DNA of 64,000 bases. Origin: Microbotryum violaceum. Taxonomy: Eukaryota. Each line of letters begins with the position of its first letter. Within the stretch, counting starts at the first letter, position 1. Below, one piece after another: positions 11,410-23,834 of the stretch. The notes under the pieces are model-generated. The model saw nothing but the letters and a program-made list of their open reading frames with translations, ran no database searches and had not been told where the DNA came from. The DNA is taken from assembly GCA_001244265.2 (NCBI GenBank), contig CDLV01000018.1, forward strand, positions 372,001 through 436,000. Reading direction: 5' to 3'. The translations under genes were made by a program, and so were the position numbers.

Positions 11410-13947
11410 ATGGCCGCATCTCAGCAGCACCCGACGGTGCCTCACGGCTCGTTCCTCAGCAGCAGCTCCTCGACGACGACCGCAGCTCCTACCCGGCCGA
11501 AACGACATGCACCACCGCCAACGAGCTTCGATGAGGACCGAAACGACCATAGCCTCCATCGGTCGACCTCGTATTCGACATCGCAGCCGTCGTCCACCAA
11601 TTCGCGAGCTTCGAAGCGGGCTCGAGCGATGACCCAAGCTCAGGCCCAAGCCGCCCAAGCCCAAGCCCAAGCCCAGACGCTCTCCCAGCCGACGCCGGCG
11701 GCTCCAGCGCAAGCGGCGCACGCGAGGGCCGGCCAGCAGCAGCAGCCGCCACCGCCGCCGCCGCAGGCAGTTCCGCTTTCATCAGGGCCATCGCAGCACC
11801 ATCCCGCCGGGGCCCCTGCGTCGACCTTTTCGGGTTTATCGACTCCGTCGGCATCGCATCGCCATCACGGTTCCCCCCACCAGCCTCGACAGGCGCCTAT
11901 TCAATTCGCAACCTCGTACAACTCAGCGTCGTCAATGAACACCTCACCCCCGCCCCCGCCTGCGCCTTCGCCGAACTCGACCCTCCTCTCCTCGGCGTTC
12001 GGCGGTGCCAACAGCAGCAGCAACAGCAACGTCGCCGCGAGCGTTTGTTCCCTCGATGACCACATGGACTCGCCCGGTGGTGCTTCCTCGACAACCGGCA
12101 CCACTCACGAGAAGGAGCAACGTAAGCAGGCTCGGATGATCCGCAATCGCAGTAAGTTCAGGCGGTGCTACTCCTCACGCTCGGTCTGCTCTCGGGTCCA
12201 TCGACTCCTGGCCTCCTGTCTTGGTGTTTGGGCGTTTTACATGGCTCTTACATGGCTCTTTCGACCATTCAATTCGGGGTCTCTCTACGGTGGTTTGCGA
12301 GCGATCTCTACCCGGGACTATTGTCCTGTCTCACAAGTCGAACTTTGGACTTGCGAGTTGCGAGCTTCACGTCCGAACGAGCTCGGAGTTTTGTGGGGTA
12401 GACGCGGGCGCGCGATAGCGGCGCGGAGGATTGGGCCGGCCCAGCCCCGCTTAGCGCCATCGTCGACTCGTCGCCTCTAGCCTCTTGTCGCGGGGACGTT
12501 TCTAGCAGGTTTGGAAAACCCGCCGGCGTTGCCATCCATACGCAACAAGGACTGCGCACCCGTCATCGTCGCTGTTCCCATACGGTCGAGCGACCAACGG
12601 TGCGACAGTCTTCTTTGGGTCAACCTCCGAGAGAACGTTTCTCCTGAACGAGCCCACGCTCGGCGCCTCCCCTGTGGCATGGCCTGAAAGGCGCCTCCTG
12701 TCTCGCACCAGAAGGGCCCTTCACAATTCCGCGCTAGTCACCTACGCCGCCTCATTTCTTCCGATATTTGCTCCGGTCATTGGCCATGCTGACCTAGATC
12801 GATTACCTCTTCCTTGAATTTTACGAACAGACGCTGCACAAGCCTCCCGCGATCGCAAAAAAGAGCACACCGTTTACCTCGAGCAGCGGGTCGCGCAGCT
12901 CGAAGCGCAGCTTGCGGTCCCCCTTCCCTTTGTGCCGCCCCCCTCCCACGGTGGGTCATCGACGCCAACCTCTCACACCTCGACCTTGCCGTCGAATCGG
13001 TCAAGTCGCTCCCATTCTGTCTCTTCCTCGACGACAAGTGTCAGTGATCACCCATCGTTGCACGGCGCAGCCTTGTCCGCGGCCTCTTCGGCGTCGGCCG
13101 CACCGTTCGCGAGCAAGATCGCCGAGCTCGAAACAGAGAAGGAGAATCTACGCACCCGCCTCCGTGCCGAACAAATGGAGTCGAGTCGACTTCGGGAACG
13201 GTTAGAGTCGCTCGAGGACAAGTTCAAGCGGTTCGAACAGTTCCTCGCCGCTCCGCTGTCGACCTCGGCCCCCGACCCCATCACCTCGCACCCGTCGCCG
13301 GCGAATGCGAACGGCTTCCCCGTCATTCCCGACACCACCTCCGCTCCCGCGCTCGGACCCGCCTGCTCGCTGAACGACGTCTGCGGTGATGATTCGATGA
13401 CGATCCGAAGCGACTTTGACGATCCCATGTCCCCCAGCGGTACATCGTACAGCACTTCGCCGTCGAGCGTGCGCTCATCGTCGCGCAAGTCGAGCCCTTC
13501 CTCCTCGGCCCACTCGTCGCCAATCAGTACACGACGCTCCATGTTGCCAAACTTGACCCCTCACTCTGATAGCTCTCGCCTCGTCGCACGCGAGGTTGAA
13601 ATTTCCCTGCCGCGGAAGCTATCAGAACGGGCCCTGTTCATCAACCTGGAGCGCTCGGCGCTGTCGCCGACCCTGTGGATCTAGTCCAGGTCGACATTAC
13701 CTCGTCGCCAGCCTCGGACCCGATCGAGGCCGCGGCTCCCCCTCAGCTCCACCTCGACAGCGAAACGATCGCCAACGCTTGGGGCGACTGGGCCAAAGGT
13801 ATCATTCAGGACCCTAACGACGACCTCACCAATGCCCCTTGCCCGCCCTCCGCACACGCGTCTCACGTTAACGACGACGAAGACGAAGACGCTTCTTTGG
13901 AATTTCTCGACCTTTCTTATCTTCAAGACGCACCGATGATGTGCTGA
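11410..13947 (+). CDS. HAC1: HAC1/XBP1-type (Hxl1/Cib1-like) UPR bZIP transcription factor
   Basis: Exon 1 11410-12151, spliceosomal intron 12152-12830 (GTAAGT...GCTGAC...CAG), giving the basic region EKEQRKQARMIRNRNAAQASRDRKKEH followed by the zipper LEQRVAQLEAQL. The unspliced frame stops at 13684. Removing the 23-nt Ire1-type intron extends it to 13947. Confidence 0.85.
13565..13626 (+). other. Ire1 unconventional-splicing RNA element (twin stem-loop; predicted intron 13587-13609)
   Basis: Outer helix TCTGATAGCT(13565-74)/AGCTATCAGA(13617-26). Hairpin 1 is CCTCG-[TCGCACG]-CGAGG and hairpin 2 is TTCC-[CTGCCGC]-GGAA. Both loops are 7 nt with G at position 3. Confidence 0.85.
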
Positions 13948-15593
13948 GCTCCATACTTGCGAAACACACGGCGAGATTGATACAGTAGGTCCTCGATACA
14001 GGCAGCGTCTAGTAATTCGAACGCTAATTGGTATCTCGTTCTTGTGAACATTCAGGTCGTAATGCCCTCAGTCTCAACTCCCACCCTTACATTTCCGCCT
14101 TCTTCTCACCATTCAACCCTGCTGTCCCCTCGCCCCTTCGTTCTCTTTCCATGACTTTCCACTTGCCCTTTGATCACTCCCGAGCCTTTTCCGGTGCACC
14201 CGCTTGCGCGTTGGTGCCGCTGATCGTCAGAGTTCGTACTCTTCCTCCATCGTGTCCTCGTTGTTCCCCGTCTCTTTGTGATTGCTCTCCTGCTGGCCCG
14301 TTCTTCGTTTACGAAGAGTGACTGTGCCTCCGGTTCGATTGAGCTTTCGCTCCGATGACGTCGGGATGACCTGGGCTACACGCGGAGGAAGCACCGACTT
14401 GGCGGCAGTGATGCCAAATCGTGTTCGGCATTTGCTGTCCGACGGGCTTCGGTTGTCTTGCATCACGGGGCTTTGGAACGGGGTGGGAAGGAGATTTTGT
14501 GGTGAGGGTTGACGCGATTGGTGTGGTCGAAGAAGTAGGGTAAGACTGGACGGAGTCGACAGGGCACGCGAGGACTATCGCATCTCCCACGAAACCGCAG
14601 CTATTGTCGAAGCTCGCAGACGAAACCGGACGTCTTTTGGAATCTTGGACTGAACTCTTCATTGAGCCTCGATCCGGACGACTCCTCATTTTTTCTCTTT
14701 CTTTCGACTTCTTTCTTCGTCCCCAACACCATTCTCTGCCACACGACCCCCACGACCGACGCGCCGTAGTACCTTCAGCTCTTGGAGACCCCAACATTTA
14801 CGACCCCCTTTTCTGTTCCACCTTCGCAACTCTTCTCATAGACGGACACGATCCATCATCGCCTTTGTTTTTTATGTTTTCTCTTTCGTTGACACGCTCT
14901 AACTCCTCCCTCGTCGCACCTTTTTTTTCTCGTTAGTTTCGCAGTTGTCACGCTGTCTCCTACCTCCTCTTTTTTGTGTGACGGGCAAGGCTCCCTCCAC
15001 CATTCTTGCTTTTTGTTTCTACTCTACTTACTACTCCACCAAACCCCCAAAATCGTCCAAAGTTACATTGCAACGCACTATTGAAAGTTCTTCTGATCAC
15101 TTTATTGACTCGAGCCAGTCGCGGATGCGCATGCTTCTTGCGAGTAGATCCGACAATCAATGTTCGATCCGATTCGCGACGGCGCGGCGCGCGTGTGCGA
15201 ACGAAGAAAGACAAAGCGACGCGCTTGGGCCTGTCTGTCTCTGCAATCTACGCGTCTCTTTGCACGTGACCATCACCCGGCTTGTCGGCGCCGGGCCTCG
15301 ACATCACACGCAGGCAACCACGTTAGCAGCATTACAAAGTGATTCAATCGTCCTCTTTCTTGACTTCCTGGCCTTGCCATTCACTAGAAGAAGCGACCGC
15401 CGGGCTTGATTGAGCCGGCGCCGACTAGCCCTCGCGAGGACTAGCGTTCGAAAAGAGGCGCGTCGAGTCGCGACGAGCCCTGGTAAGGCAGGCCATCGAG
15501 GGTGAGTGTCCCCGGCTGGCGTACTTGACATTTACCCATGACCTGACGTAGTGAAAGATTAACTGATTGCAATGTGTTTCACAGAGGATCAGC

Positions 15594-17555
15594 ATGGTCA
15601 ACATGATCAATGATCGACCGACCGAGAGCCAGGCCAAGCATGCGCTCGCGTCCTTGCTCGCCGCTGCGTTCCCTGGAGCCAACAGCACCGGCACTAGCAC
15701 TGGCTTGGGAACGACCGACCCCAATGCTGCGTCCCCTATTGGTTTCGATGCAAGGTTGGGAGCGAGCAATGGGTCTGCCACGACGGCTTCGACCTCGTCG
15801 GCGGTGACGCAGGCGTCCTCGGAGGAACTGTTGAGAGCTCTCACCCATGGAACCATATCGTCCGGATCGAGTGAAGCCAATCACCTCGTCGGTACATCGA
15901 CGTCGAATCTCATCTCACCTTCGTCCTCACCCCGAACGACGGCGCTCAGTCATACGTTGGAATTCCTCGCCGCGCAACCCAACCTCTTCGCCGGACTCGC
16001 CGTCGCTCCTCCTTCCCCCTCGGCGCATGTCAGTCGAAATCATCCCCCTGTATCCTACACCCCCCTCCCAACTCGATCAGGTCGAGTACCCCATGCTCCC
16101 AAAGCCGCAACGACCACCGAAACCGATCGCGAAACGATGCTCTTCAACGATTATTTCGACTGGCCCAGTTCAGACGAGGACGATCCGGATTTTCAACCCG
16201 GTCGAACGAACCTCGCATGGGACGATGGCTTGTTCGATCTTGGGACCGCAGGACCGAGTAGTGGTGGCACGAGATATATCTTCTCGCCTGATGAAGAGGG
16301 GGATGAGGAGGGAGAATCGGATTATAGTGCGGTCGATGAGACTTTCACGCCGGGGGAGGGGTTGGTCGATGTTGATTTCGGACCGTTGGTACCGAAGTCG
16401 GTTTCGCCGACGGCGGTGGGGACGCCGCATTCGAGGGAGTTGAGGTCACGGACACTTCAGTCATCTTCTGGACCCAATGCACGATCGATCGACGAACTTG
16501 CGGTCGGATCGAGTGCAGATCGAGGTCCGCCGCCTCCCTCGAGCACATTCGACGTCACCCTCGCACCTGCTCTCGCTCCAACCCGATCCAAGCGACCGAC
16601 CACTACCCCAAAGATCGACAAATTTACCTCTTCCTCTCCAGCTCGAACCTCCCCTCGCAAGAAAGCTCGAATTCACCTATCCCCCATGACCGAAGAAGAT
16701 GATCGAGCGACGCCTATCGCCTCGACCTCCCAACTTCCCTCCACTCGTCCGAACGAAGCCAGCGTAGCTTACAAATACGTGGATACTACCACGACGACGT
16801 ATTCGGATTTGCCACCGGGGATGGCGAGGTTGAAGAAATCGGCGGGTTTGGGTCCGGCGCCGCAGCCGAAACCGAAAAAGAGAAAGGTCGTAGCGCATCC
16901 TCCTCCACCGCCACCACCGCTACCAGAGGGGTCATCGCATCAAGGAAGGATCCAGGGTCGTGTGGTAAATTTAGATCGCGAGATCTCTACGAACAAGTTG
17001 GAGAATACGCTTCACTCCAACGTTTCCTCAACTCCTTCTCAAGCCTCCCCCGATCCCCGCTCCGGTTCGATGACGGCCGAAGAGAAACTTGAAGCAAGAC
17101 GCAAGAAGAATCGGGAAGCGGCGAAGGAGAGCCGGTTGAAGGCTAATCGGGAGAGGGTGGAGAAGGAGGAGAGGTTGGTTTTTTTGGAGAGGGAGTATGT
17201 TAGGTTGACGAGGAGGGTGAGGGAGTTGGAGGAGGAAAGGAGGGGAGGGGGGAGTGACCGGAGCGTGGGTAGGGATGCGGACGGGGATGGGGTTGATGAT
17301 GGGGACGGGGAAAGCATGGTTGATAGTTTGGAAGATAGTGAGGAGGAGAATGAAGAGGAGGAGCCCGGGGGTGGGGAGGAGGAAAGGGGCAAGACTGCGC
17401 AGGAGAGAGGAACCCGGGCTGCAGGTGGGAGTGGGGCTGGGGCTGGGGCTGGGGATGATAGAGGTGCATCACGAGCGGGTTTCGATCTGGGTCAGTTGAC
17501 GCAGCATCAGTTGAGGGAGCTGAGTAGGTTGTTGGCTTCCGCGACGAGGAATTGA
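15594..17555 (+). CDS. bZIP transcription factor
   Basis: Long ORF with TAEEKLEARRKKNREAAKESRLK...LVFLEREYVRLTRRVRELE and acidic/aromatic patches (FNDYFDWPSSDEDD). First ATG at 15594, just after a probable upstream intron (about 15483-15584). Confidence 0.8.
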   Translation: MVNMINDRPTESQAKHALASLLAAAFPGANSTGTSTGLGTTDPNAASPIGFDARLGASNGSATTASTSSAVTQASSEELLRALTHGTISSGSSEANHLVGTSTSNLISPSSSPRTTALSHTLEFLAAQPNLFAGLAVAPPSPSAHVSRNHPPVSYTPLPTRSGRVPHAPKAATTTETDRETMLFNDYFDWPSSDEDDPDFQPGRTNLAWDDGLFDLGTAGPSSGGTRYIFSPDEEGDEEGESDYSAVDETFTPGEGLVDVDFGPLVPKSVSPTAVGTPHSRELRSRTLQSSSGPNARSIDELAVGSSADRGPPPPSSTFDVTLAPALAPTRSKRPTTTPKIDKFTSSSPARTSPRKKARIHLSPMTEEDDRATPIASTSQLPSTRPNEASVAYKYVDTTTTTYSDLPPGMARLKKSAGLGPAPQPKPKKRKVVAHPPPPPPPLPEGSSHQGRIQGRVVNLDREISTNKLENTLHSNVSSTPSQASPDPRSGSMTAEEKLEARRKKNREAAKESRLKANRERVEKEERLVFLEREYVRLTRRVRELEEERRGGGSDRSVGRDADGDGVDDGDGESMVDSLEDSEEENEEEEPGGGEEERGKTAQERGTRAAGGSGAGAGAGDDRGASRAGFDLGQLTQHQLRELSRLLASATRN

Positions 17556-17689
17556 AGAGCTTGGACGTGAAGCACCCGTTCTTGGGAGGAAGGCTTGAGA
17601 CTGGAGCGAGAGGAATCTTCTGTGATCTTGTATGATTACAACATTCCGAGCTAAAGATACACTCCCAAACATAAACGCGCGCCTTTTCA

Positions 17690-18731
17690 TCAGCTCTTGA
17701 GGAACGTCATCAACTTCGCCCTCTTCTTCTGCTCCTTCTTATCCTTGAACGCCTGCACCTCTTTCGAACTGAGCTTCCTCTTTTTACCACCTTGCTCCTC
17801 GACCTCATCTTGCTGGCCTTGGTAGATTCCTCGTCCTTGTAGGGATTCAGTCCAGGCGTTGGTATCGTAGAAGGCTTGTTGTTGCCTCGATGAGCGCGAA
17901 TAGTCCGAGATTCGATCGGGCACCATGGACGGATCACCCTGGTCGTCAAATGCCGAGAAGCTGTCAGGCCTCAAGCCACATCTCAGCGCTCACTTTTGGA
18001 TCTAGTACTGACCTGGAATCTCCCCGTCTTTGAATTGAACCTCGCCTGAAACACCGGCACGGCCCCACCTCGTGTCTGTTGTCTCGCCAAGTTCGGATCG
18101 AGGAACGCCAAGTCCGGGTCGATGCCTCGGTGGTTGATGTGCGAGTTGGGATCTTCGTCTTGTGCATCTGCTGTTGTTGTTGCTGTTGTTGTGGAAGGAC
18201 CTGCGGTGGGTTGTGTGGTGGGTGTCGAGTCGACGGATGCTTCGAAGGGGTTCGTCCATTGCGTGACGCCCGTGAGGGTGTGGTGGAAGTAGTAGGCTCG
18301 TGCGCTGGTCGAATCGGTGCAAGTGATCTCATCAGTATGGCCAAAGGGGGTGTTACGCCTGTAGCAAGACTGGTGCGAACTGACGTTGAATCCCAGACGG
18401 CTGTCCAATTCGGATCCCGGCCTGTATGCACGCCCGTTGGAGGAGGAGCTGGTTCGTCGGGTAAGGGAGGTTGGGTCGATGGCATGGTCGTCTCTACCTC
18501 TGTTGCTGCGGGTATTGTGGCTTTTTCGCCCTGCTCAGCTACTGCGGCATCCGCTTGCTCGTTGTTGTTGTTGTCGTCGTCGTCGTTGTCGTCGTTAGTC
18601 ACTTGTGTTAGCTCAGCTTCAGCTGCTGTGTGCTCATTCGACGCAGCTGTTAGAGGAGGTGGTGACCCAGCAAGTAAAGAGGGCTGAACGACATCCTTCG
18701 TGACAGCGGTGGAAAGTTTCTTGGCTGGCAT
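17690..18731 (-). CDS. WW-domain protein with basic C-terminus, 3 exons
   Basis: WW domain split by an intron: PNWTAVWDST / ARAYYFHHTLTGVTQWTNP. The last exon ends KKRKLSSKEVQAFKDKKEQKKRAKLMTFLKS. Confidence 0.8.
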
Positions 18732-20062
18732 CTTGATGAGATGGAGGTGGAAGTGGAGCGGGAGAGAGCCGGACCGGAGCAGCGCAGTCCAAGCGAGATC
18801 AATCGAGACTCGGAGTTGGTTAGTAAGATCCAGGGTCTACCAAAAAAAAGGCCTCGCTCCGTCTTAATAACACGCCCTAGTGTTTTTTTTTTGTTCTTTT
18901 CTTTTCCAAACTGTAGTATAAGCCGGCATAATTCGGCGCGACTCGGAGGCTACTACGCACTTTCGATGCCCCTTTTCCGATGCCGCGACTCGACGTGATC
19001 GGAAATCGTCCACGGCACCGTTCCAGTTTCGTTGTGAGAATGCTCGGGTTTACCAGGACGTGGGCTCGTGCGGAATTTGAGGAGATTTTATTCAGATTGT
19101 ATGTGCTTCTAATCCATAGTCGGTCCGATCTCAGCTCTTGATCATCCAACCACCGGGCCAACTTGTCATGTGCCATATAGTAACCGATTGAACTAAGCCT
19201 AGCCTAGCGCGCGTCGACTCTGCACGCGCCCGTGCGTCAGACTGTGTGGATGACCGTGTGACGACCCGGCTGATCGTCTGCGCTGACTCGGCCACCTGAC
19301 TCGGCACCTCACGGCCTCACACTCGGCTCTGGCCATTTCGTGCGCCGGCTCCGAAGATGGTCGCTGCACCCATGTCGTCCTCGAATACGACGTCGATGAG
19401 CAATGGTATGAATGGTCGGAATGGCGCGAGTGGTGGGCATCGAAGGTGAGCTTTCCTGGAGTTTGGGTCGGAAGAGTGCAGTAGCTATCATCGTCGTCGT
19501 CGTCGTCGTCTGTCGGTTCGTCGTCCGTTCGTCGGTGGGGGCGAGTCGTACCAACGCGACGCGTGGCGCTGCTGCGATGGCACGGGCCATGGCAACGCTC
19601 AGGGCAGTGTACCTGGTCTTTCCAGCCCGTGCACATGTGCTGGAGTCCCATGTGCATCGTGACTGCTCTGGCCTAGTTGCTCTTGGTGCTGCACTGCCTT
19701 TCGGGCCTCGGCGCTCGACGCTCGCCGGCCCGCCACGTGAGGCCTCTCCGTTCGCATCGAAGCGCCCCTGCAACTGGCCTTCTGCGCACGGACTCGACAG
19801 CCTGCGGCGCTGGCAGAAAAAGTGGTGACGTGTAGAAAAGACGTTCCCAACATCAAAATATTCTCCGTGCCTTTCCGCGGCTACCCACGAACTACCAAAG
19901 CCGAAGCCGAAGCCGAGGGTGAAGCACCGAATTGACTCATGGCTCGGCCTCCTCGGGCCCTTCCGAACTTGCAGAGCTCGCTCGGTCGCCCAGAACATCG
20001 ACCCGGCATCCCTGGTGGCGTCTACTCCCTCACCTCCTCCACCTCCACCTCCCTCGACCTCA

Positions 20063-22729
20063 ATGATGTCACCTTTCACCTCGAGGTTGTCCGCGTCGAC
20101 CCCGCCTCCACCTTCGACGTCGCCCAACCACCATCAGCAGCAGCAACACCAACGCCGAGCCCAGTCCGTGTCGTACCTCCAAAGCGCATCCCCGTACTCG
20201 CCCACACGCGACTATGACCCATCAGACTACACACCCTCGGGCTACTTCGCCCCCGTCGTTGCTCCAGTCACTTCTACCACTGTCTCCTCGAATGCGAACG
20301 GGAATGGCAACGGCAGCCCGTATCTGGCTCCGGTCCCCGTTACCCCACCTACGTCCAATCCGTCGGCCTCGAACAATCCTAATCCGCACAAGCGGCGACA
20401 CCACAGTCTGCACAACCTCGGCCCACTCATGGTCCCGTCACCGCCACGGCCAAGTCTGAGCACACCACCACCCCATGGTCTGTCGTCGTACATCATCGAG
20501 GAGGAGAACGAAGAAGAGGTTGCCGAGGCCAACAAACTTCCTACAGCGCCCAAGGCCGACGACGACGACGATGAAGACCAATTTCCCGTCGAAGAAGACG
20601 ACGAAGAGTCTTTCCTTCCTTTGCCATCCCCGAATTCGTCGTCGATGCTGTTCCAGGTCCCACCGACAACAACGGTTGCGAGTTCGGCCACCTTGTCCCG
20701 GACCGAGCATGCGCGCTCCCACTCTCGCATCCACGAACGTAACCTCTCCGTGTTCTTCCCGAGACCAGGTCAAGCGGCGCAAGGCTATGGCGACACCTTT
20801 TCCGATCCGAATGCGTCGACCTCGACCTCGACCTCGGCACCCGCACCCGTCGTGGATATCTCTTCCCCGACGTCGAGTCGAGCGTCGGACAGTCGATCCC
20901 CACCTCCCTCCAAATCACGGCGAGGGCATCACCACAAGCATTCCGTCTCGCACAACTTCTTCTCCTTCATGGAACCAGGGCAAATACCGCAGAACGGTAC
21001 CTCGCCTGTTTCACCACCAATGGCGCATGGTCGTCGTGCCTCGATCGCGAATGCCTCGGGCCATGCCGCCGCCATGCCCTTTCCCAAGCAATCCCACCTC
21101 CGGCACAAGCATGCTGGCTTGCCTTCGCCGCTTCGCTTCTTCATCCTCTCGGTTTTCTACCTTCCCTCGTCGACGCGCGGTCAGTTGTTGCTTGCTGTGG
21201 GACAGGTCGTGTTGGGCGCTTCGCTGTGGATCACGGGGCAAGCCGCCGAGGCACTGAGTGTCACAGGTCTCGGCTACCTCATCGTCTTTGATGGCCTAGG
21301 TGCCTTGTCACGGATTTTTGTCGATGGTGCGAGAGGGATAGACGCCCTTTTGGGTGCCTTTGGAAGCGGGACGGGCAACTCGAGCATGCGAACACCCTAC
21401 GGCAGTCGACGCCTCGTCACTCTGTCCCACTTCTCGCAAGCGATCTACCTCCTCTTCTCGGCCGTCTACGTCTGCAAGGAATCCGTCGAGCATGTATTGT
21501 TACTACATGGAGGAGCCGAGCATGGTGGAGCTCACGGAGCAGGACATGGTGGGATGGGTCACGGTGAGGCAGGAGCGGGGATAACGGCGCCTGGTGCGCA
21601 TGGAGGTTCGACGAGCGTCTTGGAGGAAGGCATTAAGTTCCCCGTCGTTCTATTGGCCCTTTCAGCGACGTTGACGTTGCTGACGTCCATCATGATGAGC
21701 AATCATTACGCTTTGGCTCAGGCGATCGGTCCGACGTCGTCTTCTGCGGCGATGCTTCCTTCGAGACCGAGACCTTTGAGCAGCTTGAGGGGTCCTTCGG
21801 TGGTTGAGAAGGTTATGAACCCGTTCACGGCTACGATCTTGATGTTCAGTGTGGGATTGTGCGCAGCGGGGCTGACGATTCCAGGGTGAGTTTTGCATAT
21901 CTGCCTCTCCCTCGCCAAGTGCTTGAGGCTCTGGCTCACACCTTAATGATTTACGCTTCTGCAGAGCCCAATTGGCGCCGCTGGACAAGGTCGTGGCGTT
22001 GATGCAATCGATCGCCATGTTCTACGTTGCATACCCGGCCGCGGTTACGACGGGTCAAGTCCTACTACAAACCGCACCTGATCCCGATTCGCTCAATTCG
22101 AAAGCTTTGCAGAGTGCTGTGCGAGATGTGAGTGACGTCGATGACGCGTACAAGGTGTTATTTACAGGGTAGGCGTGCTGATGTGAGGTTTCGTGGGATT
22201 TTCGAACCAGATCGAAAATCACCCATTGGTCGTCTCCTTGGACCGACCGCACGTATGGCAAATGATCACCCACCCCGCCTCTCTAAATGCCTCCTCGTCG
22301 ACGAACCCCACCCCTTCAAACATCAACCCCTCCCAATCCGACGGCGGCGCCTCCCTCATCGCGACCCTAGTCGTGCACGTCAAAGCCTCTTGTACAGACG
22401 CCGACATCTTAGCCGTGACCAAGTTTTGCCGTGAACGATGTAGAGGACCGTTGAGGTTGGGGGATCAGGGACCCGATGCGCCGAATGAGAGGTTTGGTGA
22501 GGTGACGGTTCAGGTTGTGAGGGAGAAGAATGGCGGAGGGGGCTATTGGGTTCAGGGGGATGGGGCGAAGGGAATTGATGTGGAGTATTTGAGTCATGGC
22601 GTGGAGCAGGGGCATGGGCAGGGGCAGGGGCAGGGGATGGATGGTGCTGCTGCGGACGGTGGGCACGGGCATTCACATGCCTTGAAGCAGGGGCATGGAG
22701 GACATGGGGGGCATTCGCATGCGCATTGA
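20063..22729 (+). CDS. Cation diffusion facilitator (CDF) zinc transporter, Zrg17/ZnT5-7-like
   Basis: HARSHSRIHERNLSVFFP and HHHKHSVSHNFFSF motifs, several TM helices, VCKESVEHVLL, GQVLLQTAP, HVWQ and a His-rich tail. Introns near 21886-21963 and 22128-22210. Confidence 0.85.
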
Positions 22730-23705
22730 TTGATGGTCGATCGGTGGAGAAGGAAAAGCTTCGTGATCTCTTGATTGACTTTCGGCTTTTGGCCGGATAC
22801 GTTCGGCCGAACGGATCTCTACGCCGAGGAACATCCCCACCCTTCATCTACACTCTCGTTTTTGCAGAAGTCGTCGGTTTTTTCTATCGTATTTTCGGTG
22901 GGGTTATTGCCCTTTCTTTTTTTCTGTCTTATCACCTGTGAGCGGGGTTTCGATCCTTTGTGCTATCACGATGGACTCTTTTGATAATCATGATCATCTC
23001 ACGTGCTGTGAGAAAGACGGAAACTCTTCTCGCTTAAACCCCACACGGTGCAGCATGACGAAGCAGAGGACCGAAAGAGGCTGAGTTTGGGGCGGGTGTA
23101 TCCCTAGAAGAGAAGGGGGCATCATCTACCTCTTGTCCTGGATTCCGAAGAATCGTGAGAGCGATTTGATCTGCGAAGAAAGGTTTCGCCGGATCGGACA
23201 GCATCGAGCCGCGCACTGATGGGGTGCGACCTCGGGTAAATTGGCCGATCATTTGCCGGGAGCGACGTGCGAGAATCCACCAAAGTCTGGGAACAAGAGG
23301 ATAGAACATCACTTGAATGCACCCCACGGAATTTTGAAAACTTTCCACCCTTCCACCCGACCCCCAAAGTGGTCCGTGCCCGTCTCCGTGCCCTTTTTTC
23401 GAGATCCGAGGGAGGGGAAGTCCTCGATTGGCTTGGCGTTGCTCAATAGGGGTCAGTCGACTTTTTAACCCTTTTTTTAGCTCCGCGCAAGCACTATTCG
23501 GAACTTTGACTAGTCGAGGGGGGTACACGTGATTCTATAACCCTGCCCCACGTTATCGGGACTTGAGTGATGTGTGGGCGAAGTTTCTGCGCAGCAACTC
23601 TCGTTCCCGCGCGGGATGGAGAAGGAGAAGCTCGGAAGAAGCTCGGAACGGCGAAAGGCGTGGAAGGGGAAGGAACTCCCCGGATCATGCAGAAGAGTGA
23701 AGGGT

Positions 23706-23711
23706 ATAAAT
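23706..23711 (+). promoter_or_regulatory. TATA box of the small secreted protein gene
   Basis: TATAAA followed by a CT-rich tract about 130 nt upstream of the ATG at 23835. Confidence 0.5.
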
Positions 23712-23834
23712 TCGCGCATGGACTGGAGCCTCTCTCCCTCTCTCCCTCTTTCCCTTCACACCGCAATATTCTTCTCCTCACCACTGCACCACCACAAAAA
23801 CAAAACCCACAGCACACTCCCTCCCGAAGCGATC

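Noticed and set aside
19919-20062. Non-AUG N-terminal extension of the zinc transporter
   Set aside because: The open frame is short and GC-rich with no targeting-signal features; there is no evidence beyond the absence of stops.
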